Notes under the pieces: model-generated
Seen by the model: only the letters and a program-made list of their open reading frames with translations
Database searches by the model: none
Told to the model about the DNA's origin: nothing
Translations under genes and position numbers: made by a program
DNA from: Candidatus Hydrogenedentota bacterium
Lineage (GTDB): Bacteria; Hydrogenedentota; Hydrogenedentia; Hydrogenedentales; CAITNO01
Length of the DNA: 55,915 bases
Assembly: GCA_033813475.1 (NCBI GenBank)
Contig: JAPXRP010000002.1
Location: 1 to 55,915, forward strand
Direction: 5' to 3'
In this document: one piece after another, positions 47,482 through 55,915 of the stretch
Layout: every line of letters begins with the position of its first letter
How positions within the stretch are numbered: position 1 is the first letter of the stretch

Positions 47482-50400
47482 TCACGCGCTGGTTATGGCG
47501 AAGACCATGTCGCTGATCGCGCGGCGGAAGGCGTCGTTCTCGACGAACTGCTTGTAGACCTGGGTGTCATCCCGCAGGAGGCCCTGCATCACCCGGTGCA
47601 GCGCCTGGTCGTGGGCCATGCGGGCGGTGTGCGGGGTGTTTTCCAGGGCGTTGCGGAACACGGTGTCCGCGGCCACCTTGGGCGCGATGTCGTCGCGGAT
47701 GCGCCGGGCCACCCGGTCGGCGTCGTCAAACAGGGTTCCGAACTGCTCGTTGAAGGTTTTCAGGATGTTGCTGAGCCGGTCGTACTCCGGGTCGGGCTTC
47801 ATGCCGCCGCCCTCGACGGGGACGGGGGGAATCTCCACATCCTCGTCCGCCAGCGCGATTCTCATCACCTCCCGCTTCTCCACCCGGTAACTGTCCATGT
47901 CAATGGCTTCGAGGATGCCCTTGGCACCGTCCGGCTCCAGCGGCGCGGGCAGTTTCGGGATGAGCAGGTTGAGCAGGATGGACAGCCGTTCCCATTCGCG
48001 GTTGGTGTAGGTGATGACCGACGCGAGGAAGTCATAGGCGCGCGTGAAGGTTTTCGCCTTGCCCTTGAAGTCCACCTGGCCGTCCTCGTCGAGCCGCTCC
48101 ACGTAAACGGCCACGCAGGCGTCGAGAAGGGGGTCGAGCTCCTCGCGGGGAGCCCCGGTGAGGAACAGCTCCACCACCCGGTCCCGCTGCTCCGGCGAGT
48201 ACACCTGGGCATTGTCCAGCGCGGCCTTGAGGTCATGCAGCTTGTCCGGGTCTGTCTCCTCGGCGAGCAGCGTCGTGCGGTAATAGTCCTGAAACGCGTA
48301 GGTGACGGCCTCCGCGTTGTCCTGGAAGTCGAGCACAAACACGTCGTGCTTCTTCGGGTGGGCGCGGTTCAGCCGGGACAGCGTCTGCACCGCCTTCACG
48401 CCGGACAGGGGCTTGTCCACATACATGGTGTGGAGCAGCGGCTCGTCATAGCCCGTCTGGAACTTGTCCGCGCAGATGAGGAAGCGGTACGGGTCCTCCT
48501 GGAACGCCTCCGGGATGTCGCCGCTGGGAATGCCGTTGAGCGACGACTCCGTCACCTTTGCGCCCCCGTATTCATGCTCCCCGGAAAAGGCGACGAGGGC
48601 GTGGTAGGGGCTTTTCCGCTCCAGCAGGTACGTCTGGAACGCGTGGTAGTACTGGATGGCCCGCTCGATGCCGGAGCACACCACCATGGCCCGGGCCTGT
48701 CCGCCGATCTTTCCATACGCCAGCACCTGGTCGTGGAAATGGTCCACCATGATCTCCGCCTTCAGGCGGATCGCGTGGTCGTGGCTCTCCACATACCGGC
48801 GCAGCTTCTTCTTCGCCTTCTTCGTGTCAAATTCCGGGTCGTCCTCCACCTTCTTCACCAGCCGGTAGTAGCTCTCGACGGGCGTGTAGTGCCGCAGCAC
48901 GTCGAGGATGAACCCCTCCTGCACCGCCTGCTTCATCGTGTAGCTGTGGAAGGGGCGGTGGCGCACCCGGCCCTCGGCGTCCGGCGGCAGCGCCTCGCCG
49001 AACATCTCCAGCGTCTTGTTCTTGGGGGTGGCCGTAAAGGCGAAATAGCTCGCGTTCCTGAGCATCTTCCGCGCCGCCATGCGCTTTTCCAGCGCGGCGT
49101 TCACCACGTCCTCCGGGTCCGGGCCGTCCGCCTCCCCGCCCAGCGCCTGGTTCATGGCCGAGCTCGTCTTCCCGCCCTGGCTGGAATGCGCCTCGTCAAT
49201 CACGATGGCAAAGCGGCGTCCGCCCTCCCCGGCGATCTCGTCGAGGATGAACGGAAACTTCTGCACCGTCGAGACGATGATCTTCTTTCCCTGCTCGATG
49301 AACTTCCGCAGGTCCCCCGAGTGCTCGGCGTGGCCCACCGTCGCCTGCACCTGCATGAACTGCTTGATCGTCTTCTGGATTTGGTCGTCCAGCACCCGCC
49401 GGTCCGTCACCACGATGACCGAGTCAAACACCTCTTTCCCGCCGCGCTTCACGCCGATCAGCTGGTGCGCCAGCCACGCGATGGAGTTCGACTTGCCGCT
49501 CCCCGCCGAATGCTGCACCAGGTAGCGCCCCCCGGCCCCGTGCGCGTGGACCGCCGCCAGCGCCTTCCGCACCACGTCCAGCTGGTGGTACCTGGGGAAG
49601 ATTTGCACCCGCTTCTTCTTGCCCGTCTTCCGGTCCCTGGTCTCGACGATCTGCGCGTAGTTCTCCAGGATGTCCGTCAGGCCCGCAGGCGTCAGAATGT
49701 CCTTCCACAGATAGTCCGTCTTCAGCCCGGCCGGGTTCGGCGGGTTTCCCGCGCCGTCGTCCCAGCCCTTGTTGAACGGCAGGAACCAGGACGCCTTGCC
49801 CTTCAGCTCCGTGCACATCCGCACCTCCGCGTCGTCCACGGCAAAATGCACCGCGCACCGGCCAAAGGCGAAGAGCGGCTCGCGGGGGTCCCGGTCGCGC
49901 CGGTACTGCTCCACCGCGTCCTCCACCGTCTGCTTCGTCAGGCTGTTCTTCAGCTCAAAGGTGGCAAAAGGCAGCCCGTTCACAAACAGGCACAGGTCCA
50001 GCGCGCGCCGCGTCTCGTCCAGGCTGTACGCCAGCTGCCGCGTGACCGAGAGCCGGTTCTCCGAGTGCAGCGCCGCCGCCGTCTCATTCCCCGGCGAGGG
50101 CGTCCCGTAGAACAGGGTGAAATGCTGCGGCCCGTGGTCCACGCCCCTCCGCAGCACGTCAATCACCCCCCGCTTCGTGATCTCCGACGACATCCGCGAC
50201 AGAAACTTGAGCCGAACGACATCCTTCGGGTCCCCGTAATTCCCCAGGCCGAGCTTTTCAAACGCCTCCTCCTGCGTCGCCTTCAGAAACGCGAACAGCT
50301 GCGCCGTGTCCAGACAGTGCGCCCGGTCATAGTCCTTCGGGCGTCCCGCATGATAGCCCGCCCCCGAAGCATACCCCGCCGTCAAGTCCCCCACCGCGCC

Positions 50401-50487
50401 CCCCGACCCGGCGGACAACCCGTCCGTCCCCGTCAGGTGGCGCGTGATCAGCGTCTCCAGGCCCTTCTCGGTGATGTCCGTGGTCAT
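47482..50487 (-). CDS. hsdR: Type I restriction enzyme R subunit
   Basis: N-terminal PD-(D/E)xK nuclease motif (DLCLFVNGLPFATFELKN). SF2 helicase motifs HSAGSGKS, IVIDEAHSSQ and FTATP. 1001 aa. AAGGGGA SD precedes ATG 50487. Confidence 0.95.
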   Translation of the reverse strand: MTTDITEKGLETLITRHLTGTDGLSAGSGGAVGDLTAGYASGAGYHAGRPKDYDRAHCLDTAQLFAFLKATQEEAFEKLGLGNYGDPKDVVRLKFLSRMSSEITKRGVIDVLRRGVDHGPQHFTLFYGTPSPGNETAAALHSENRLSVTRQLAYSLDETRRALDLCLFVNGLPFATFELKNSLTKQTVEDAVEQYRRDRDPREPLFAFGRCAVHFAVDDAEVRMCTELKGKASWFLPFNKGWDDGAGNPPNPAGLKTDYLWKDILTPAGLTDILENYAQIVETRDRKTGKKKRVQIFPRYHQLDVVRKALAAVHAHGAGGRYLVQHSAGSGKSNSIAWLAHQLIGVKRGGKEVFDSVIVVTDRRVLDDQIQKTIKQFMQVQATVGHAEHSGDLRKFIEQGKKIIVSTVQKFPFILDEIAGEGGRRFAIVIDEAHSSQGGKTSSAMNQALGGEADGPDPEDVVNAALEKRMAARKMLRNASYFAFTATPKNKTLEMFGEALPPDAEGRVRHRPFHSYTMKQAVQEGFILDVLRHYTPVESYYRLVKKVEDDPEFDTKKAKKKLRRYVESHDHAIRLKAEIMVDHFHDQVLAYGKIGGQARAMVVCSGIERAIQYYHAFQTYLLERKSPYHALVAFSGEHEYGGAKVTESSLNGIPSGDIPEAFQEDPYRFLICADKFQTGYDEPLLHTMYVDKPLSGVKAVQTLSRLNRAHPKKHDVFVLDFQDNAEAVTYAFQDYYRTTLLAEETDPDKLHDLKAALDNAQVYSPEQRDRVVELFLTGAPREELDPLLDACVAVYVERLDEDGQVDFKGKAKTFTRAYDFLASVITYTNREWERLSILLNLLIPKLPAPLEPDGAKGILEAIDMDSYRVEKREVMRIALADEDVEIPPVPVEGGGMKPDPEYDRLSNILKTFNEQFGTLFDDADRVARRIRDDIAPKVAADTVFRNALENTPHTARMAHDQALHRVMQGLLRDDTQVYKQFVENDAFRRAISDMVFAITSA

Positions 50488-51321
50488 GTGTCCCCTTGTG
50501 TTTTCCCGGTAAACCGCGCGCTATCTGCCGTTTCGTTTTCGTCCGCGCCTTGGCGGGTGTTGCCGCCGGACCTCCGCGTTTTTCCGGGTTCACGGCCCGG
50601 TGCGGCGATATGGGCTTTGCTCTTCAAAAAATGAAGTGCTATCCGTCCATCGGCGGGCGTTCCCCGGCGGGAAGACGCCCGCTGCGGGGCTCGCCGAAGG
50701 CGGTTTTGCATACCCTCCTTTGCTTCCGGCCATTCCCCGTGGGGGCGGGGCAAACGACACCGTCCCCCATGGTGGCACAACCCGTTTCCCAATGCAACCG
50801 GGCCGCGGGGGCGTCACGCCGACTTGTCCAGCACTTCGTGAACGCCTGATCGTACGATATGATTCTCCGGTCGTCGGCCCGCCGTGCTCATCGTCGCGCT
50901 TCACGCCCCGCTCCGGTTCTTTCCCGGCGCGCCGATTGGCTAAAACTTCCACAACACCTTCCCAACCGCCCGGAAATTAACTAATCCGTAAGACGTATAT
51001 GCGCAATGGGTTGAGAAAGAAAGACCATAGCAAGGTCAAGATAATATCCATAGACTATGGCGCGTTCAGGGGCGGATTTAACTAAAGACGCTCCAAGCCG
51101 TTCCACCCAGCCTCCCCGGGCCGTTCATGCCGCGTTGCGCTTTTGGCCCACCCCCTTATGAGAGCCTTGGGTTTACGGCCTTTCCTGCAGGCAAAACGAA
51201 GAAAAGCCGCCGACCTAACTGGCCGACGGCTCGCTGGCGCATGATTTGCCGTTGTTACGTGGTCTTGGGCTTCTGGCTGACGGGGGCCTTCGGGTCTCTC
51301 CAAGCCGGAAGGGTCTTGACA

Positions 51322-52929
51322 TCATTGGCCGCCCTTCGAACGGCTTCCTGCATCTCCTTTGGGCTTAGATGAAGCTTTTTTACCTGCTTTGCCGGGTTGC
51401 TTGCCATCGGGGTCTCCTTTCAGGTGCGTTTTGAGAATAGTAACAACAACCGCCTCCCGTTGCAAATAGCTGGTGGGAAGCATGGGAATCCTTATGGTTC
51501 CCGCCTTCCGGTCCCAGGGCACCGTTGCGCCGGTGTCCTTGCTCTTCCGCGTCAAGGGGAATCCGGACCCCTGCCTCATGGAGAAAAGATCGAAGAACCG
51601 GCGGGGGCCGATCCCCACGAAAGGCTCGAAAGCCACCAGCCCGCCCTTCTTCTGGTCGCGCTGGAAGCCCGAAAAGGCCGCGTCGCCATGGAACTTCAAG
51701 GCCCTGCTCTTGGGATAGGGCTCAATGTAGACCACCCGCGTGATGCCGGCGGCGATGATATGTTTGGCGCAGTTGTGGCAGGGGAAGGTGGTCGAGTAGA
51801 GCGTCGCCCCCTTGCAGTTGATGCCGTTTCGGGCGCAGGTCATCAGCGCGTTCATCTCGGCATGGACAACGCGGCCGTACTCCGTGATGTCGTCTATGGG
51901 GCTGCGTTTCAGCGCTTCGCGGACCGCTTCCTCGTCGGGAATCCCGGCCGCCTGTCCGCACCCGGCGCAAACACGCCCTATCGCCGACACAATACGGTTG
52001 ACAATCTCCGCCTTTTCCGCGTCATTGCTGTCGCATTGTCGCTTATAGTCCCGGCCATTGGGGGTGTCTGTGACTTTTCCGGAAGCCGCTATCTGGGGCC
52101 AGTAGGTTCCTCCTCCCGCGCAGGGGCACTCGTTGACGCCGGTTGCAAGCACCTCATTGTCCCGGGCGATCACCGCGCCGATCTGCCGCGAGAGGTCCGC
52201 CGAGCGGGTGGCCGCGGCGAAGGCCATGAACATGGCGTACTCGTCGAACAGCGGGGTGCGGTAGGGGTCCGCGAAGACAACGTCAAAAAAGCGGGTCAGG
52301 GACTGCCGCGCCGTCCGGTCCAGGTGGATGAAGAAATCGCTGAGATGAAAGGTGTCCCGCGTCCGCTGTCCGCAGGGAACCCCCTCGGCCTCGTCCCGCT
52401 GCATCAGCGCCCGCGCCTCCGAGTCCTTCATGTCTTTAGTTTTGAGGAGGTTGGTGTGGCGCTGTTTGGGGTCCACATAGACCCCGACGAGGAAGAACCC
52501 GTTTCCATAGATGCGGCGCAGCAGGTTCACCTCGTCCGGATGCTTCAGGGAGTTGATCACAAAAGCGTGCCGGGGGCGCGGCGAGGAGTCGGTCCGGCCC
52601 CCGTATATCTGCGCCGCGGCGACCATGGCGAGAATCGCGCTGTCCCCGGATGTTTCCCGCGCCTCGTTCCCGAGCGTCATCATGGTGTCTATGCGCGTGT
52701 ATTCGCTCGCCCCCGCCAGGTCCGGAACCTCCACCACATGGGAAATCAGCTCCGAGAGCCGGATCACCACCGTGGTGTAGTCGTACCGCTCCAGACAGCT
52801 GCTGATCCGCGGAACAAGCGACCCCAAGTCCGCGCCCACTGAACCCACCAAGCCGATAACAAGCTCAGCACCTGGAAGCTGTCCGGACAGAATGCTCCTG
52901 TAATGTTCTTCACGGTCCGCGTTGTCCAT
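51322..52929 (-). CDS. Kinase-like N-terminal domain + CMP/dCMP-type zinc deaminase (anti-phage dCTP-deaminase architecture)
   Basis: C-terminal deaminase motifs VHAEMNAL and PCHNCAKHIIAAGI. N-terminus with a degenerate P-loop, LVIGLVGSVGADLGS. GGGAGG SD lies in the 14-nt gap after hsdS. Lys-rich C-terminal tail. Confidence 0.8.
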   Translation of the reverse strand: MDNADREEHYRSILSGQLPGAELVIGLVGSVGADLGSLVPRISSCLERYDYTTVVIRLSELISHVVEVPDLAGASEYTRIDTMMTLGNEARETSGDSAILAMVAAAQIYGGRTDSSPRPRHAFVINSLKHPDEVNLLRRIYGNGFFLVGVYVDPKQRHTNLLKTKDMKDSEARALMQRDEAEGVPCGQRTRDTFHLSDFFIHLDRTARQSLTRFFDVVFADPYRTPLFDEYAMFMAFAAATRSADLSRQIGAVIARDNEVLATGVNECPCAGGGTYWPQIAASGKVTDTPNGRDYKRQCDSNDAEKAEIVNRIVSAIGRVCAGCGQAAGIPDEEAVREALKRSPIDDITEYGRVVHAEMNALMTCARNGINCKGATLYSTTFPCHNCAKHIIAAGITRVVYIEPYPKSRALKFHGDAAFSGFQRDQKKGGLVAFEPFVGIGPRRFFDLFSMRQGSGFPLTRKSKDTGATVPWDRKAGTIRIPMLPTSYLQREAVVVTILKTHLKGDPDGKQPGKAGKKASSKPKGDAGSRSKGGQ

Positions 52930-52943
52930 CGGTGCGACCTCCC

Positions 52944-54242
52944 TTATTCTCCCTCATCATCCATGATTTCATCCGGCGGGGCAAATTCCTCCCCCTCGGG
53001 GGACGGGTCGGGCTCGGGAGACGCGGATTCCGCCGGCAGGGACGCCGCCGCCGCCCGCACGTCCAGCTTCCCCGTCACCACGTCAGACGTCAGGCGCGTC
53101 CGGTATTCGCGCAGAAGGGCGATCTCGTGTTCGAGGCGGGTGATGACCACCTCAAGTCCGTCTGTCTCTGCCTTGATGGCACCCACAATGACCTGCTGCT
53201 CTTCAAGGGGTGGAACCACGGTTGGGAAGTTCTGGAGCAACGGAAGTCGCAGCGAGTCCACGGTTGACTTTGCGGAGGAATCCAGCGCTTCAAATCGAAG
53301 CGTGGACTTGAGGTAGAAGAAGAAGAACTCTCCGGAGACTAGCCTGAAGTTGCTAAACTTATAGACACGCTGATGGTAGTCAAACTTGCCGTTTATGTAG
53401 TGGAACACCTTTGCGACGCCCGCCCCATCGCCTGCGGTCAACACCGCCTCGCCATCGAACGAATACGTGGAAATTCGCTCCACGGTCTGGGATCTGACGA
53501 AGAACGGGTACTGTGCATCATCAACTCGATTGACCGTGTCGCACCCACCCGTCTTGATATGAGCCAGGAACTTTGTTCGCCGAACCTCCCAATGTGCGGG
53601 GATGTCCCCTAGCCAGGGGATGCCGGAGGGTTTCAGGGGGGCGTTGGGGTCGAGGCCGCGGGTGACGGCGCGGTGGATGATGGCCTGTTTCTGCTCGTTG
53701 AGCAGGGTGATGATCTTCCGCTTCGCCCGGATCGCCCGCTCCAGCCGCCCGTTCGCCCAGTCCAGAAAACGCACGATCGCCGCCTGCTCCTCCGCCGGGG
53801 GAAGGGGTACGACCTGCTGATAAGCATCTTCCCGATCAAGACCCGGAACCGCTGAGTCCTTTGAAACGCCATCTAGCCTGATCCAGCCAAGCGTGTAGTA
53901 GAGCCAGCGGAGATCACTCCTTGTGAAACGGGCATCAATGAAGAAGGCTGTGTCAATGACAAATGAAGCACCCCTGCAAAAGTTCACCTTGCCGAACGAG
54001 CCTTTACGGCCAATAACGATGCACGGCGCCTGCGTATTGCTTGAGGAATGCCAACCAACTCTGCCATTCGAACCAAAAACTGGAACACTTCCTTGTATGC
54101 GACCAGTTCGAGGCAAAGCATCTCCATAGGCAAGTCGTGCAATCTGCTTGATGCGTCGCACCTCCCAATGCCCCGGCACCTGCCCCACCCACGGCAGCCC
54201 GGAGTCCTTGTATTCAGAGTATGGCTCGAGGTCGGCGATCAT
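52944..54242 (-). CDS. hsdS: Type I restriction enzyme specificity subunit
   Basis: Two target-recognition halves, each opening with P..WEVRR(I/T)K. Two conserved coiled-coil regions, LPPAEEQAAIVRFLD... and VPPLEEQQVIVGAIK...REYRTRLTSDVVTGKLDV. Unusual acidic, Pro-rich C-terminal tail. Confidence 0.9.
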   Translation of the reverse strand: MIADLEPYSEYKDSGLPWVGQVPGHWEVRRIKQIARLAYGDALPRTGRIQGSVPVFGSNGRVGWHSSSNTQAPCIVIGRKGSFGKVNFCRGASFVIDTAFFIDARFTRSDLRWLYYTLGWIRLDGVSKDSAVPGLDREDAYQQVVPLPPAEEQAAIVRFLDWANGRLERAIRAKRKIITLLNEQKQAIIHRAVTRGLDPNAPLKPSGIPWLGDIPAHWEVRRTKFLAHIKTGGCDTVNRVDDAQYPFFVRSQTVERISTYSFDGEAVLTAGDGAGVAKVFHYINGKFDYHQRVYKFSNFRLVSGEFFFFYLKSTLRFEALDSSAKSTVDSLRLPLLQNFPTVVPPLEEQQVIVGAIKAETDGLEVVITRLEHEIALLREYRTRLTSDVVTGKLDVRAAAASLPAESASPEPDPSPEGEEFAPPDEIMDDEGE

Positions 54243-55915
54243 GCCTGCCCCCCGTCGCCCATCTGGCGTTCGAGGGCCTGGCGGACGAGTCCCATGATGT
54301 AGTGCAGGTCATCGAGGGACTCGAAGCCGATTTGCACATCGCCGGTTCCCCAGTGCCCCCGGTCTGTCACATCGGTGCAGAGGCTCTTGGGGTCGTTGAT
54401 TTCGCTGAAGGGCAGGTTGAGGATGAGTTGGAGGAGTTTGGCCTGGGGGATGACGTCCACAAAGTTGGTCTCAGCCTTGTAGGCCACATAGGCCTTGAGG
54501 AACTCCTCGACCACGCAGGGGTCCAGGGCCAGCACCTCTTTCCGGAAGGCCTCGAAAAGGTTGCGCACGTTGGGGCCGTACATCTTGCTGCCCTTGGCGA
54601 GGAAAGGGTGGTCCTCGATGGTGTATCCGCCGGACGCGGGGGTTTTCTTGGGCTGATAGGCGGCGAGGGTGGCGGCGTCGAGGCTGGGCGCGGCCCACAC
54701 TTGGAGGGCAAGGTCGGCCAGCTGTCCGGCGCGGTTCTGGATGGCGGCCTCGTTCCACGCTTCCGCCTGTCTCAGGGCTTCATTGAGCCGGAGAGGGCTC
54801 TCCTTGAAGCCTCCCTTCATGTCGCGCTTTTCGGCAAAGGGCCGGTCGCTGTATTCGGCATTGTATCCCGTGAGGGTGAGGTTGCCGAGGGTGTGGAGCC
54901 ACTGCTGCTGGACGCGCTGCCAGTCATCACCCAGGGCCTGCCGCCACTCCGGGGAGAGGTCGGGATTCTGGGGCAGGATGTGCTCGATGGTGTACTCGTC
55001 CACCGCCACGCGCTCCTTGCGGTCGTGGTTCTCCATGCGGCGCAGCCAGTAGGTGCGGCTGCGGAAGTTGTAGAGGTCGCGGGTGTGCAGGTCGCGGCGG
55101 AACTCCTCGTCGCCGGGGAAGCGGCGGTAGGAGGGCAGGGACAGGAAATGCGCCTGGATGCTCTCGAGGTAGCGGTCTTTCTTCAGCGCCTTGCCGAAGG
55201 TGCCGAAGGTCTTGTTCATCGAGTTGGTGGGGATGGCGCAGATGGCGCGGCGGAACACATAGGCCTCCACCAGGCGCACGGCGGCGGCGAGGTCGGCGGC
55301 GGAGAGGGCGTTGTTGGCGTAGTCGTTGTACAGCTCCAGCAGGAAGGGGTAAGCCACGTCCACCTTCAGCTCGCGCAGGTCGTGGAAGGCGGCGGCGAGG
55401 GCGGGGTCTTTCTCCCGGCCCAGCGCCAGGGCGCAGAAATACCGGGCGAAGGCGCGGATGTCGCCCACCAGCGCCTCGATGCCCGCCTCCAGCACGGGCT
55501 TTGTGCGGGAGTAGTCCTTGAACGCCTCGTAGACCTCGCGCTCGCGCGGAATGTCGCCGGTGCGCACGGTCAGGTAATGGCGCATGAAGCTGTCGAACTG
55601 GGTACCGTAGGCCTCCTGGCCGAAGTCCTGCTCCATGGGCCGCCAGTAGTCCTCATAGAGGCGGGTTTGGAGGTCGGGCTCAAGCCCCATGAGGATGAAG
55701 TTGCGGATCAGGTCCGCCTGGCTCAACTCCTTGCCGGTGGAGTTCATGCTCTCGAAGATGAGCTGGGGGTTGTCCTGTTCCCGGCTGAGGGCGATGTCCA
55801 CCACCACCAGCTTTTCCAGGCCGCGCCACACCGGCACGAGGTCGCCCTTCCGCGCGGCGATGAGGTCGGTGAACAGGGAGAAGTTCTGCTTCACGCGCAG
55901 GGAGGCGTCCTGGGG
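54239..55915 (-). CDS. GmrSD-type DUF262/DUF1524 protein (5' end outside the window)
   Basis: The frame is open to the window edge. The DUF262 tail (IFESMNSTGKELSQADLIRNF) is followed by the DUF1524 His-Me finger region (YTIEHILPQNP...WLHTLGNLTLTGYNAEYSDRPF) and a ~130-aa C-terminal extension. The stop overlaps the hsdS ATG (ATGA). Confidence 0.85.
   Translation of the reverse strand, partial: PQDASLRVKQNFSLFTDLIAARKGDLVPVWRGLEKLVVVDIALSREQDNPQLIFESMNSTGKELSQADLIRNFILMGLEPDLQTRLYEDYWRPMEQDFGQEAYGTQFDSFMRHYLTVRTGDIPREREVYEAFKDYSRTKPVLEAGIEALVGDIRAFARYFCALALGREKDPALAAAFHDLRELKVDVAYPFLLELYNDYANNALSAADLAAAVRLVEAYVFRRAICAIPTNSMNKTFGTFGKALKKDRYLESIQAHFLSLPSYRRFPGDEEFRRDLHTRDLYNFRSRTYWLRRMENHDRKERVAVDEYTIEHILPQNPDLSPEWRQALGDDWQRVQQQWLHTLGNLTLTGYNAEYSDRPFAEKRDMKGGFKESPLRLNEALRQAEAWNEAAIQNRAGQLADLALQVWAAPSLDAATLAAYQPKKTPASGGYTIEDHPFLAKGSKMYGPNVRNLFEAFRKEVLALDPCVVEEFLKAYVAYKAETNFVDVIPQAKLLQLILNLPFSEINDPKSLCTDVTDRGHWGTGDVQIGFESLDDLHYIMGLVRQALERQMGDGGQA

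Noticed and set aside
47284-50634. Striking 1116-aa stop-free + strand frame covering the whole of hsdR in antisense.
   Set aside because: HsdR on the - strand has full nuclease and helicase motifs. The antisense product is low-complexity (R/V/L/H/G-rich) with no start context, so it is a codon-bias artefact rather than an overlapping gene.
50496-51372. Six-frame ORFs inside the hsdR-deaminase spacer: 50496..50849(+), 50600..50980(+), 50590..50952(-), 51082..51303(-) and 51127..51372(+).
   Set aside because: All are low-complexity Arg/Pro/Gly-rich, lack an SD or start context, and overlap one another. None resembles any protein family I know, so the region is treated as non-coding.

Overview
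High-GC (roughly 68-75% in core genes by hand counts) bacterial chromosomal segment. A DUF1559-type pseudopilin, GxxExxY gene fragments and RAYT/REP elements suggest a PVC-superphylum-like or related candidate-phylum organism; this is an inference. I support about 45 protein-coding genes and found no rRNA, tRNA or CRISPR array. Core content: ilvD, thiL, nnrD, ubiE, a UDP-xylose synthase, a domain-permuted ADP-forming acetyl-CoA synthetase, and speH plus a deoxyhypusine-synthase-like gene. Carbohydrate genes include GH5-like and GH78-like hydrolases and a cupin/Gfo-Idh-MocA/TIM-barrel operon. There are two sigma-54 regulatory modules, one with an EF-hand periplasmic protein behind a perfect -24/-12 promoter. 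A Ser/Thr kinase-FGE fusion is also present. Three accessory patches stand out. (i) 21.8-24.7 kb: an orphan terminase-large-subunit-like gene next to a RAYT transposase flanked by two 144-bp palindromic REP units. (ii) 37.1-38.9 kb: a low-GC, translationally coupled two-gene cassette, a small unknown protein plus a large protein with an HExxH-less ImmA/IrrE domain. This is my best candidate for an undescribed system. (iii) 45.25 kb to the window end: an integrase-led defence island. There a type I R-M operon (hsdS, hsdR; hsdM presumably beyond the edge) is interleaved with a GmrSD-like DUF262/DUF1524 gene and a kinase-like/dCTP-deaminase gene. The island also contains an 835-bp non-coding spacer and an unknown membrane-anchored protein downstream of hsdR. 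Because of the GC content the six-frame track is full of long antisense shadow ORFs, which I rejected. All functional calls rest on motif recognition by eye and no database search was run.
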